Origin: Candidatus Spyradocola sp.
Lineage (GTDB): Bacteria; Bacillota; Clostridia; Christensenellales; UBA1750
Length of the DNA: 64,000 nucleotides
Direction of reading: 5' to 3'
Assembly (NCBI GenBank): GCA_050942925.1
Contig: JBMNOF010000003.1
Location: forward strand, 25,314-89,313
Under the pieces are notes generated by a model. The model was given only the letters and a program-made list of their open reading frames with translations. It ran no database searches and was not told the origin of the DNA. The position numbers and the translations under genes were made by a program. Shown here in pieces: positions 50,749 to 60,062 of the stretch; position 1 is the stretch's first letter, and each line of letters opens with the position of its first letter.

Positions 50749-52778
50749 AGGGACTCTATCGACGCTTGGCCTGGTCCGGCGTCACCAAGAACCGCAAGTT
50801 CTATCTGCCGTACCTGCTGACCTGCACCGGCATGACGACGATGTACTACATCCTCGCATTTCTGGCAAACAGCGAGATCCTTCTCTCCTTTCGCGGCGGG
50901 GAGATCCTGCGCACGATTCTCGTGCTGGGCTGCTTTGTCATGGCGGTGTTTGCGCTGATCTTCCTGTTTTACACCAACTCCTTCCTGATCCGCCGGCGAA
51001 AGCGCGAATTCGGCCTGTACAACGTTTTGGGCATGGGCAAGCGGCACCTTGCGGGCGTGGTGATTTGGGAAGCCCTGTTCCTTGCGGGCATATCGCTCGG
51101 CGCGGGGCTGTTTCTCGGCATTCTGCTCTCCAAGACGGCGGAGTTGGGGATGGTGCGCCTGGTGGCGACGCAGACGGATTTCCGAATGCGGATCGAGGTT
51201 CCCGCCATCCGGGAGACGATCGCGGTGTTCGGCATTCTCCACCTGCTGCTCTTGCTGAACTCCCTGCGGCAAATTCACCGGACGAATCCCCTTGCGCTTC
51301 TGCAGAGCGAGAGCGCGGGGGAAAAGCCGCCCAAGGCCAACTGGGTCCTGGCGCTGCTGGGCGCGGTGCTGCTGGGCTGCGCCTATGCGCTGGCCGTCTC
51401 CATCGAGGAGCCGATCTCTGCGCTCCTGTGGTTTTTCGTGGCGGTAATCCTGGTGATCCTGGGGACCTATCTGCTCTTCATCGCGGGATCGGTCGCCGCT
51501 TGCCGCCTGCTACAAAAGAACAAGCGCTACTACTATAAGACCAATCACTTTGTCTCCCTCTCCTCCATGCTCTATCGCATGAAGCGCAACGGCGCAAGCC
51601 TGGCCTCCATCTGCATCCTGTGCACGATGGTGCTGGTGATGGTCTCCTCCACGGTCTGCCTTTACATCGGCGCCGAGGACAGTCTGCTCGCGCGCTACCC
51701 GCGCTCCATCGTTCTGGAGACGGAGCTCGGCGGACTGGACGCCGAGGAAACCGCGCTTGCCAAGGCCGTGCAAGACTTTGTCCTGGACACGGCGGAGCAA
51801 AGCGGCCAAGAGGTGAGCAACGAGATCGACTACCGGATCGCGGGCGCGTCGGTCTACCTCCAGGGAAGCGAAGCGGACTTTCCCGGGACCGTGCCCATTT
51901 CCAATCGCACGCTCTGGGAGCTGCGGATCGTCCCGCTGGAGGACTACAACCGCATCACGGGGGAAAGCGCCGCACTTTCCGATGGACAGGCGCTGTTCTT
52001 TACCACGCAGAACGCCGCGTACCCCTTCGATTCGATCACCCTGCCGAGCGCAACCACGCTGGAGATCGCAGGCCGCGCGGACCGCTTTCTGCCCACGGGC
52101 AACGACATGGCCAACCTGTCGCCGGTGCTGTACCTATTCGTGCCGAACTTTGAGGAGGTGGTCGCCCCGCTTCTCTCCTTTGAAACCGACTATGGCGTCT
52201 ACCCCATGGGGCTGACGGCGTACTTTGGCTTTGACGTAAGCGGCAACGATCCGGCGCAGATCGCGCTCTACAACGAGATCGAGAGCGGGCTGGAATCGCT
52301 GGACCTCTCCTCTGCGAGCGCCGCCTTCCACGTGGACTGCTCGTGCCGGGTGGAACAGCGGGAAGGGTTTTACAGCCTCTACGGCGGCCTGTTCTTCCTG
52401 GGCATACTGCTCGGAATCGTGTTCCTATTTGCGGCGGTCCTGATGATCTACTACAAGCAGATTTCCGAAGGCTACGAGGACCAATCGCGCTTTGACATCA
52501 TGCAGCGCGTCGGCATGACGCGCCGGGAGATCCGAAAGAGCATCAACTCCCAGATTTTGACGGTGTTCTTCCTTCCTCTGCTGATGGCCGGGATTCACCT
52601 GGGCTTTGCCTTTCCGCTGATCTATCGGATGCTGATGCTCTTCGGCGTGTGGAACCTGCGCCTGCTGATCCTGACGACGGGGATCGGGTATCTCCTCTTT
52701 GCCGTGCTGTACACGGCGGTCTACCGCATCACATCGGGCGCGTATTATGGCATCGTCAGCGGGGCAAAACGAACCTAG
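50745..52778 (+). CDS. BceB-like FtsX-domain ABC permease (10-TM type with large extracellular domain)
   Basis: 677 aa. MKGLYRRLAWSGVTKNRKFYLPYLLTC...RRRKREFGLYNVLGMGKRHL; a second FtsX half has YEDQSRFDIMQRVGMTRREI. ATGA overlap with the ATPase gene. Confidence 0.85.
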   Translation: MKGLYRRLAWSGVTKNRKFYLPYLLTCTGMTTMYYILAFLANSEILLSFRGGEILRTILVLGCFVMAVFALIFLFYTNSFLIRRRKREFGLYNVLGMGKRHLAGVVIWEALFLAGISLGAGLFLGILLSKTAELGMVRLVATQTDFRMRIEVPAIRETIAVFGILHLLLLLNSLRQIHRTNPLALLQSESAGEKPPKANWVLALLGAVLLGCAYALAVSIEEPISALLWFFVAVILVILGTYLLFIAGSVAACRLLQKNKRYYYKTNHFVSLSSMLYRMKRNGASLASICILCTMVLVMVSSTVCLYIGAEDSLLARYPRSIVLETELGGLDAEETALAKAVQDFVLDTAEQSGQEVSNEIDYRIAGASVYLQGSEADFPGTVPISNRTLWELRIVPLEDYNRITGESAALSDGQALFFTTQNAAYPFDSITLPSATTLEIAGRADRFLPTGNDMANLSPVLYLFVPNFEEVVAPLLSFETDYGVYPMGLTAYFGFDVSGNDPAQIALYNEIESGLESLDLSSASAAFHVDCSCRVEQREGFYSLYGGLFFLGILLGIVFLFAAVLMIYYKQISEGYEDQSRFDIMQRVGMTRREIRKSINSQILTVFFLPLLMAGIHLGFAFPLIYRMLMLFGVWNLRLLILTTGIGYLLFAVLYTAVYRITSGAYYGIVSGAKRT

Positions 52779-52823
52779 TTGGCAAAACCCAGGCCGGAGC
52801 CTCGTTAACATAGAGAAGGGAAG

Positions 52824-53579
52824 GTGGAAGAGAACGTGAAACGATTCGCAAAAGGGGTCCTGCGCTTGGCGCTGGGGCTGATCAGCCTGGCGCTGGCCGC
52901 AGGGCTCGTGGTGGGCGCGGTCTTCGCCGTGCGCGGATACCGGCTGTACCGCGAAGCCGTGGAGGAGGTTCCCCTGGAAGAGATGGTTGCGGAAATCCAG
53001 TCCCAGGAGAACTACGTCCCCTTCACAGAGCTCCCCGACCTCTATGTGGACGCCGTCGTATCGGTAGAGGACAAGCGCTTCTGGTCGCACCCGGGCGTGG
53101 ACCCGGTGGCCATCTGCCGGGCGCTGCTGTACGACATCCGGACGCAATCCTTGGCGCAGGGCGGAAGCACCCTCACGCAGCAGGTGCTCAAGAACCTCTA
53201 CTTCACGCAGGAAAAGACGTTGGAGCGGAAGTTTGCGGAGGTCTTTGGGGCCTTTGCGCTGGAGCGCCTCTGCACAAAGGAAGAAATCTTCGCCCTCTAT
53301 GTCAACACCATCTACTTTGGCAGTGGGTATGTGGGCATCTCCAACGCCGCGCAGGGGTACTTTGACAAGGAGGTTTCCGCCCTGGACGCGGTGGAGTGCG
53401 TGATGCTGGCGGGCATCCCCAACGCGCCCTCGGCCTATTCGCCGGACGCGAGCCCCACGCTCACCGCCCAGCGAACCGAGCAAGTGCTCGAGCGCATGGC
53501 GGCCTGCAAGGCGCTCTCCGAGCAAGACGCGCAGGCGCTTGCCGAACAGACGGAGCGCCGGCTGGGGCTGATCCCCTAG
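52824..53579 (+). CDS. monofunctional peptidoglycan glycosyltransferase (GT51)
   Basis: N-terminal TM, then VSVEDKRFWSHPGVD, AQGGSTLTQQVLKNLY, LERKFAEVFGAFALER and YVNTIYFGSGYVGI. Confidence 0.8.
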   Translation: MEENVKRFAKGVLRLALGLISLALAAGLVVGAVFAVRGYRLYREAVEEVPLEEMVAEIQSQENYVPFTELPDLYVDAVVSVEDKRFWSHPGVDPVAICRALLYDIRTQSLAQGGSTLTQQVLKNLYFTQEKTLERKFAEVFGAFALERLCTKEEIFALYVNTIYFGSGYVGISNAAQGYFDKEVSALDAVECVMLAGIPNAPSAYSPDASPTLTAQRTEQVLERMAACKALSEQDAQALAEQTERRLGLIP

Positions 53580-53635
53580 GCGCAGACGGAATCCCACAGA
53601 CTGTCAAAAAACCTCCTCGGTTCCACAGGGGATGC

Positions 53636-53665
53636 AAGGAAGGGGCCGCGCCCCTTCCTTTTTCC
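53636..53665 (+). terminator. intrinsic terminator after the glycosyltransferase gene
   Basis: AAGGAAGGGGCcgcGCCCCTTCCTTTTTCC. Confidence 0.75.
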
Positions 53666-53795
53666 TTCCCAGCGGCGGCGTGTACGCCGCGAGGAGCGGC
53701 CCAGGCGGGCCGCTTCCGCTATCCTTTTCCGGCCGTCGCCGAAGGCGACAGGAAAAGGATGCAATTCCGGAAAATGACGAATTTATTTTCCGGAC

Positions 53796-53832
53796 AGACT
53801 TCCATCTTTTTCACAGAAAAAGATGGAAGTCT
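53796..53832. promoter_or_regulatory. perfect 16-bp inverted repeat just upstream of the -35 of the next promoter
   Basis: AGACTTCCATCTTTTTcacagAAAAAGATGGAAGTCT. It could be an operator or a second terminator. Confidence 0.4.
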
Positions 53833-53850
53833 TCTTTATGCGAAGTTTTC

Positions 53851-53880
53851 TTGACGGCTTCTGTCGGAAAATCGTATAAT
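53851..53880 (+). promoter_or_regulatory. sigma-70 promoter (TTGACG-18-TATAAT) for the 53918 ABC pair
   Basis: TTGACGgcttctgtcggaaaatcgTATAAT, 38 nt before the ATG. Confidence 0.65.
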
Positions 53881-53917
53881 AGCCTCAACGAAATACCAGG
53901 CAAGAGAGGAGAACCCC

Positions 53918-54628
53918 ATGCAATTCGTCATCGAACACCTGGAAAAGCGCTACGACAAGAAAGAGGTTCTGCGGGACGCGAGCTTCACCTTTGACAGTGG
54001 AAAGATCTATGGCCTGCTGGGCCGCAACGGAGCGGGCAAGACCACGCTGTTCAACTGCATCAATCGCGACATCCGGTCCGACGGCGGCTGCTTTTACCTG
54101 ATCAGCGAGGACGGCAGCCGGCGGGAGCTTTTGGCCCAGGATGTGGGCTATGTGCTCTCCACGCCGACGGTCCCCGAATTCCTCACCGCGCGGGAGTTCC
54201 TCAAGTTCTTTCTGGACATCAACGAGGGCAAGATCCCCGCGCCGCAGCCCCTGGACGACTACTTTGCGCGGATGAACATCGCGCCCGAGGACCGCGACAA
54301 GCTCCTGAAGGACTTCTCGCACGGCATGAAAAACAAGATGCAGATGCTCGTCAACCTCATCGCCGAGCCGACGCTCTTTTTGCTGGACGAACCCCTGACC
54401 TCGCTGGACGTGGTGGTGGCCGAAGAGATGAAGGACATGCTCCGCCGCCAAAAGGCCGGGCGCGTGACGATCTTTTCGACGCACATTCTTGACCTTGCGC
54501 TGGACCTGTGCGACGAGATCGTCCTGCTGAGCCACGGCGTGCTCGAGCGCGTGGAGAAGGCCAACCTGGACGACGAGGGCTTTAAGGAAAAGATCCTCGC
54601 CGCGCTCAAGGAGGAAGGCAATGAATAA
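53918..54628 (+). CDS. ABC transporter ATP-binding protein
   Basis: GRNGAGKTTLFNCI, FSHGMKNKMQML (degenerate signature), LFLLDEPLTSLD. Confidence 0.8.
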   Translation: MQFVIEHLEKRYDKKEVLRDASFTFDSGKIYGLLGRNGAGKTTLFNCINRDIRSDGGCFYLISEDGSRRELLAQDVGYVLSTPTVPEFLTAREFLKFFLDINEGKIPAPQPLDDYFARMNIAPEDRDKLLKDFSHGMKNKMQMLVNLIAEPTLFLLDEPLTSLDVVVAEEMKDMLRRQKAGRVTIFSTHILDLALDLCDEIVLLSHGVLERVEKANLDDEGFKEKILAALKEEGNE

Positions 54629-56192
54629 GACGCTGCGCCTCTCCTTCTCGCTGCGAAATGCCTATCGCGTCAACGCCATACTCTACGCGATCAAGCAAAT
54701 CCCCTTGCTCCGGCGCGCGCTGCCCGACTCGCTCTACGCCTGCCGCGGTCTCAAGGTTCTGGGGCAGGTCCTGGCCATCCTGTGGGAGGTCGTTTCCGTC
54801 TTTGCCGGAAAATTCCTCTACTTCCTGACGATGGTGGTTGGGATCGGGTTTCTCTACGAACAAGCGCCGGCGGACCGCGCCTTTTTGCACATTCTCGTGC
54901 TTCTGACGTTCATCGGCGCGTTCCTCAACACCTACTTGTTCAACCCCACGCGGGACAAATACTACGCCGTGGTGCTCCTGCGCATGGACGCCCGGGAGTA
55001 CGCGCTGGTCAACTACTTCTACGATCTGCTGAAAGTACTCGTGGGCTTTCTCCCCTTCACGCTGCTCTTTGGCCTCCTGCGCGGCGTGCCGGTTTGGCTC
55101 TGCGTGCTCGCACCGTTCTTTGTCGCGGGGTGCAAGGCGGTCGTTGCGGCCGTCTCCCTTTGGGACTACGCGCGCCGGAGGAAGACGCCCAACGAAAACA
55201 AGCTGAGCCGGATCGGCTGGGCGATCGGCGGCTTTCTTCTCCTTGCGGCCTACGTTCCCCCGGCGCTGGGTTGGACGCTCCCCCTGCCGGTCGCGGCCGG
55301 GCTGTTCCTATTGGGGATCTTGGCGGGGGTGCCGTCGCTTCTGTACATCGCGCGCTTCCCCTACTACCGGCAGATGATGCAGGAAATGCTCTCCCAGTCC
55401 ATGCAGCAGATGGATGCCGCCAAGACGGCCACCCGGCGCGCCTCGTCCAAGGCCATCACCGCGGACGTTCGCATCACCAGCCGGCGCAAGGGCTTTGCGT
55501 ACCTGAACGAGCTGTTTGTCAAGCGGCACCGGAAGATCCTCTGGCAGAGCGCGCAGCGCATTGCCGCCGTGTGCCTGGCGCTTCTCGCGCTGTCCCTGCT
55601 CGCGCTCTTCCTCTATCCGGCCGCCAAGGCGCCGATCAACGAGATTCTGCTCTCGTTCCTGCCCTACTTTGTGTTCATCCTCTACGCGATCAACCGCGGC
55701 ATGGGCTTTACGCAGGCGCTGTTCATGAACTGCGACCGGAGCCTTTTGACGTACTCCTTCTACAAGCAGCCGGGCATGGTTTTGCGCCTGTTCGCCATCC
55801 GCCTGCGCGGGATCATCGCCGTCAACCTTCTTCCGGCGGCCGTGATCGGGTTTGGGCTTGCGCTTCTGCTCTATGTCACGGGCGGCACGGACAACCCGCT
55901 GAACTACGGAATCCTCATCGTCTCCATCCTGTGCATGAGCGTGTTCTTCTCCGTGCACTATCTGACGGTCTACTACCTGCTGCAGCCCTACAACGCGGGC
56001 ACAGAGATCAAGAGCGGCACCTACCGGATCGTGATGATGGTGACGTATCTCATCTGCTTCTTCCTGATGCAGCTGCGCATGTCGATTCCGCTTTTCGGGG
56101 CGATGTGCATTGCCTTCTGCGTGCTCTACTGCCTCATCGCCTGTCTTTTGGTGTACAAGTTCGCGCCGCGGACCTTCCGCCTGCGGGCCTAG
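54621..56192 (+). CDS. polytopic membrane protein, putative ABC exporter permease partner
   Basis: 523 aa with about 10-12 hydrophobic segments. Overlaps the ATPase stop by 8 nt. No motif I recognise. Confidence 0.6.
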   Translation: MNKTLRLSFSLRNAYRVNAILYAIKQIPLLRRALPDSLYACRGLKVLGQVLAILWEVVSVFAGKFLYFLTMVVGIGFLYEQAPADRAFLHILVLLTFIGAFLNTYLFNPTRDKYYAVVLLRMDAREYALVNYFYDLLKVLVGFLPFTLLFGLLRGVPVWLCVLAPFFVAGCKAVVAAVSLWDYARRRKTPNENKLSRIGWAIGGFLLLAAYVPPALGWTLPLPVAAGLFLLGILAGVPSLLYIARFPYYRQMMQEMLSQSMQQMDAAKTATRRASSKAITADVRITSRRKGFAYLNELFVKRHRKILWQSAQRIAAVCLALLALSLLALFLYPAAKAPINEILLSFLPYFVFILYAINRGMGFTQALFMNCDRSLLTYSFYKQPGMVLRLFAIRLRGIIAVNLLPAAVIGFGLALLLYVTGGTDNPLNYGILIVSILCMSVFFSVHYLTVYYLLQPYNAGTEIKSGTYRIVMMVTYLICFFLMQLRMSIPLFGAMCIAFCVLYCLIACLLVYKFAPRTFRLRA

Positions 56193-56273
56193 GCAGCGGA
56201 AAGAAAACAACGCCCCTGGCGCCGGAATATTTCCGGCGCCGGGGGCGTTTTCGCACTTCTGCGCGGTGTGGTC

Positions 56274-57197
56274 TTACTTCAAGAAGCCTGCGACGATGCG
56301 CGCCTCCGCCTCTTCCTCGGTCAGGCCCAGGGTGCGGAGCTTGGCGATCTGCTCGCCGGCGATCTTGCCGATGGCCGCCTCGTGGATGAGGGCCGCATCG
56401 TTGTTGTTCGCGGTGAGCTCCGGCGCGGCGTCTACGCGGCCGTTGCCCTCGATGATGGCGTCGCACTCGGAATGGCCTGCGCAGGGCGCATTGCCCACGA
56501 TCTTGGACCGGTAGGCCTGGTGCGAGTTATCCCGCGCCACCGAGCGGGAAACCAGGTTCACGCTCGAGTTTTCGCCGTTCATCTCCACGTCAAAGTCCGT
56601 GTGCGCCTCCTGCTCCTTTTCGGTCAGGATTCTCTCCCGGATGATGAGGTGGGCGTCCTTGCCGACCACGGCGGACGTCTTGCGGACCGTGGTGTCCACG
56701 CCGCCCAGCTGGAGGGAATCCATCTCCAGGCTGGCGCCCTCCTCCAGGTAGATCTCCGTCACCGGGTCGATGGAGCGGATGCCCAGGCCCGTGCCAACGC
56801 CCACGTGCTTCTCCTCGTAGAGGACGTGCGAGCCCTTCTGCAGGAAAAAGCGGTGAATGCCGTTGTGGCGGGCGGGTTCCCCGGTCTGCACGTGCACGCC
56901 GCAGCCTGCCACGATCAGCACGTCCGCGCCCTCGCCGATGTAGAAGTCGTTGTAGACCACATCGTCGATGTCGCCGTGCGTGACGCACGCGGGGATGGAG
57001 ACGCGTTCGCCCTTCGTGCCGGGCGCAACGTGGATCACAAGGCCGGGATTATCCGTCTTGCTGTCGATCTTGATGTGCTCTGTGGAGCGGCGCTCCACAC
57101 AGCTGCCGTTTTCGCGGATCGAATAGGCATCCGCGTAGCCCTTGCTGTCGTCATAATCCGAAACCATGCTCAAAAGCTGCTTGGTGATTTCATTCAT
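56274..57197 (-). CDS. SufB/SufD-family Fe-S cluster assembly protein
   Basis: Beta-helix-type repeats (HNGIHRFFLQKGSHVLYEEKH...) and the C-terminal motif DAALIHEAAIGKIAGEQIAKLRTLGLTEEEAEARIVAGF are typical of SufBD. Confidence 0.75.
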   Translation of the reverse strand: MNEITKQLLSMVSDYDDSKGYADAYSIRENGSCVERRSTEHIKIDSKTDNPGLVIHVAPGTKGERVSIPACVTHGDIDDVVYNDFYIGEGADVLIVAGCGVHVQTGEPARHNGIHRFFLQKGSHVLYEEKHVGVGTGLGIRSIDPVTEIYLEEGASLEMDSLQLGGVDTTVRKTSAVVGKDAHLIIRERILTEKEQEAHTDFDVEMNGENSSVNLVSRSVARDNSHQAYRSKIVGNAPCAGHSECDAIIEGNGRVDAAPELTANNNDAALIHEAAIGKIAGEQIAKLRTLGLTEEEAEARIVAGFLK

Positions 57198-57933
57198 GGC
57201 ATTCTCCTCCGTAACGGACCTCCTGTTTCGGGCAAATATCGCAGCTCTTTTCGCCGGAAAGGAGCTTGCCCATGATCTCCTGCGCCGGCCCCTGCGCGGT
57301 CACGCGGCCGCCTGCGATGACGATGATCTCGTCGGCAATGGCCAGAATCCGCTCCTGGTGGGAGATGATGACCATGGACCCATTGAGCGTCTTCTGCAAA
57401 TCCTGGAAAACCTCAATCAGGTTGTTGAAGCTCCAAAGGTCGATGCCGGCTTCCGGCTCGTCAAAGATGGAAAGGCGCGTGTGGCGCGCCAGAACCGTCG
57501 CCAGCTCGATCCGCTTGATCTCCCCGCCCGAAAGCGTGGCGTTGACCTCGCGGTCAATGTACTCCCGCGCGCACAAGCCCACGCGGCTCAGGTACTCGCA
57601 GGCCTCTGCCTTCTGGATCTTTCCTCCGGCAGCCAGCTCCAGCAGGTCCATCACCGTCAGGCCCTTAAAGCGCACCGGCTGCTGGAAGGCAAAGCTGATG
57701 CCCAGGCGCGCGCGCTCCGTGATGTTCAGGTTCGTGATGTCCTTCCCATCCAGTTCAATGGCGCCGGAATCCGGCTTCTCCAGGCCGACGATCATCTTGG
57801 CCAGCGTGGTCTTTCCCCCGCCGTTGGGGCCGGTGACCACGACGAGCTTGTGGTCCGGTATTTCCAAATTAATCCCCCGAAGGACTGCGTCGCCGTCGGG
57901 AGCCGCCCATTTTACATCGCGCAATGTCAACAC
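57190..57933 (-). CDS. sufC: SufC-like ABC ATPase
   Basis: GPNGGGKTTLAKMI, LSGGEIKRIELATVL, LSIFDEPEAGIDL. GTG start; overlaps the SufBD start by 8 nt. Confidence 0.7.
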   Translation of the reverse strand: MLTLRDVKWAAPDGDAVLRGINLEIPDHKLVVVTGPNGGGKTTLAKMIVGLEKPDSGAIELDGKDITNLNITERARLGISFAFQQPVRFKGLTVMDLLELAAGGKIQKAEACEYLSRVGLCAREYIDREVNATLSGGEIKRIELATVLARHTRLSIFDEPEAGIDLWSFNNLIEVFQDLQKTLNGSMVIISHQERILAIADEIIVIAGGRVTAQGPAQEIMGKLLSGEKSCDICPKQEVRYGGECHE

Positions 57934-58132
57934 GCGGCAACACCTCTTTCTCCCTATTTCTTCTGCGTATTTCTCTTTTCGAGCGCCGCGCCTTCCGCGC
58001 GGCCGTGAGGTCGAATTCCGACCCCTTTGCTATTATATCGCACAACCAATCGATTTGGAAGGTTTTTCTCGTAAAATCTCGAAAAAGACCGATTCCATCT
58101 TCCCTTTTATCATACCCCATCCCCGGGCATGC

Positions 58133-58176
58133 AAAACAGGGGAAACCGGCCCGCGGACCGATTTCCCCTGTTTTTT
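58133..58176. terminator. hairpin terminator downstream of the 58187 gene
   Basis: AAAACAGGGGAAAccggcccgcggaccgaTTTCCCCTGTTTTTT, with U-runs possible on both strands. Confidence 0.5.
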
Positions 58177-58186
58177 GTCGGAATTC

Positions 58187-59230
58187 CTACTTTTTCGGGA
58201 TTTTCTTTTTGAGCACCAGGGACGCCAGCAGCACCGTGAGGCCCGCGATGACGACCAATGCGATGAGGAACACCACGCCCGTGGGCAGCTGGAACCCGCC
58301 GCTCTCGCCGTCCACGGAGTAATCCGCCTGGGCAACGGACGTCACGGAAGCATCCGGCGTGAGGGCGGACAGATCGTCCGCGCGCAGAACCGAAGGCGAG
58401 AGGATGTTCTGCGAATCCGTGGAGGTCACGACCAGGGACCCGACCGCTTCAAAGTCCTTGGGCAAGTTAAAGACCACGACGTTGGTGTCCTGCACGAGCT
58501 CGCCATCCTCCAGCACCGTGTCGGTATTGCTGTCCAGGATGAGGTTGAGCCAAGGGGACTCCGCGGCCAGGTCGCGGGGCGTGTACTCGCCGTCATAGCC
58601 AAAGCTGGTCAACGCGATGAAATAGGTGCAGCCCGCGTCCGCCATCTCTTCATAGTAGATGTTGGCGATTCCGGAGGGCTTGTAGACGTTGCACCCTTCG
58701 GTGATATCGGGGTAGAGGTCGGCGATTTCCGGAGAAATCAGGCCAATGACGCCGATGCGCGTGCCGCCCACGTCGAAGATGGCGTACGGGTCAAAGAGGA
58801 CCTCACCGTCCTGGCGGAGCCAGTTCGCGCAGAGCAGCGGGAAATCCGCGATGCTGCTGAGCTCCTGCAAGCGCTCGATGCCCAGCGCGGCGTCCTCGGT
58901 GCCGATGGAAGCCGCATCATAGGTCGCGGCGCCCATGAGCTTGACGGTCTTCAGGCCGTCTCCATCCAAGGCGTTGCCGCTGTCGAGCAGGAGGGTGTCA
59001 TAGGCGCTGCGCGTGTTGTCCGCAAGCGCCCGCAGCAGGGGATAGCCGATGGAGTTCCCGCTGCGCACCTCGACGCCGTGGGTATCGCCCGTGTGCAGGA
59101 TGGCAAAGGTGGACGCCTCAGTCTGCGCGGCCGTTTCCGCCGGGGCGGACGGCGCAGGCGTCTCGTCTGCAAAAACCGCCGTCGGCAACAGCAGGAGGCA
59201 GAGCAGGAGGCAAAAAATTGCTTTTTTCAT
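58187..59230 (-). CDS. surface-anchored 5'-nucleotidase/metallophosphoesterase-like protein with degenerate active-site motifs
   Basis: Signal peptide MKKAIFCLLLCLLLLPTAVFA. ILHTGDTHG is retained, but DSGN replaces DxGD, GTEDA replaces GNHEF and SNTD replaces GHSH. C-terminal TM plus KKKIPKK. Confidence 0.65.
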   Translation of the reverse strand: MKKAIFCLLLCLLLLPTAVFADETPAPSAPAETAAQTEASTFAILHTGDTHGVEVRSGNSIGYPLLRALADNTRSAYDTLLLDSGNALDGDGLKTVKLMGAATYDAASIGTEDAALGIERLQELSSIADFPLLCANWLRQDGEVLFDPYAIFDVGGTRIGVIGLISPEIADLYPDITEGCNVYKPSGIANIYYEEMADAGCTYFIALTSFGYDGEYTPRDLAAESPWLNLILDSNTDTVLEDGELVQDTNVVVFNLPKDFEAVGSLVVTSTDSQNILSPSVLRADDLSALTPDASVTSVAQADYSVDGESGGFQLPTGVVFLIALVVIAGLTVLLASLVLKKKIPKK

Positions 59231-59444
59231 GATCCGTTTCGTCCTTTCGCAGTGTTCGCACGTTCTCTATCATTATATCCGATCCTGCAAGAGTTGCAAG
59301 TGAATGTTTTATGAATGGGTTAGGCGCGCTCAAAACTGTTAGGACTTCGTAAAGAAGGAAGGGAACGCGAAACTTTTTTCTTCAAGCCGCGTCCAATGCT
59401 GTGTAAAACATGAAAACCATTGGAAAGGCGGAGGAACCCAACCT

Positions 59445-59951
59445 ATGAAAAACCTGAACAAGATTCTGCTCCTTGTGCTTGCGCTTTGCCTTGCGTTTGC
59501 GGCCGTCGGCTGCACCCCTGCGGCGGAGGAGGCCGCGCCCGAAGTCAATGTTCCCGTGCAGGACATTGCGGACGAGCTGCTCGCGATGGACGACCAGTTC
59601 CCCTCCATGATGGACTTTGGCGAGGAGACCGTCACCGAGCTGTGCGGTCTGGACTACTCGATGCTGGAGGACTACTCCATCAACGACGCGATGATGAACG
59701 TGCACGCTCGCGCCCTGTACATTGCCAAGGTCAAGGACATGGCGGACATGGACGCGGTGAAGGAAGCGTTCCAGAAGCGCCTGGACCTTCTGCAGCAGTC
59801 GTTTGAGACCTATCTGCCCGACCAGTACGAGCTGGCGAAGGCGGGGCAGATCGTGAACAATGGCCGCTATGTGATGCTGGTCGTGTCCACGGATTCCCAG
59901 GCGGTCGTGGATCGCTTCAACGAGATTCTGTCCGAGGCTGCCGCGGCCTAA
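59445..59951 (+). CDS. DUF4358-like lipoprotein
   Basis: Lipobox LAFAAVGC. The rest (DYSINDAMMNVHARALYIAKVKDMADMDAVKEAFQKRLD...GRYVMLVVS) matches the small lipoprotein family usually found beside MBOAT/DHHW genes. Confidence 0.65.
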   Translation: MKNLNKILLLVLALCLAFAAVGCTPAAEEAAPEVNVPVQDIADELLAMDDQFPSMMDFGEETVTELCGLDYSMLEDYSINDAMMNVHARALYIAKVKDMADMDAVKEAFQKRLDLLQQSFETYLPDQYELAKAGQIVNNGRYVMLVVSTDSQAVVDRFNEILSEAAAA

Positions 59952-60062
59952 GGAGGAACGCCGGCTTGCCGGCCCCTTTGCAAAACCAAGACGGGAGCGG
60001 AAGGAAACCCATCCGCTCCCGTTATTTCTGAGAGTTAAATAGAACTGGAAAGGAGGGTGTGC

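Noticed and set aside
58187-58300. A possible LPXTG sortase signal (..FQLPTGVVFLIALVV...KKKIPKK).
   Set aside because: The sequence is LPTG, one residue short of L-P-X-T-G. The tripartite layout is suggestive, but I cannot call it a sortase substrate, so it is annotated only as a C-terminal membrane anchor.
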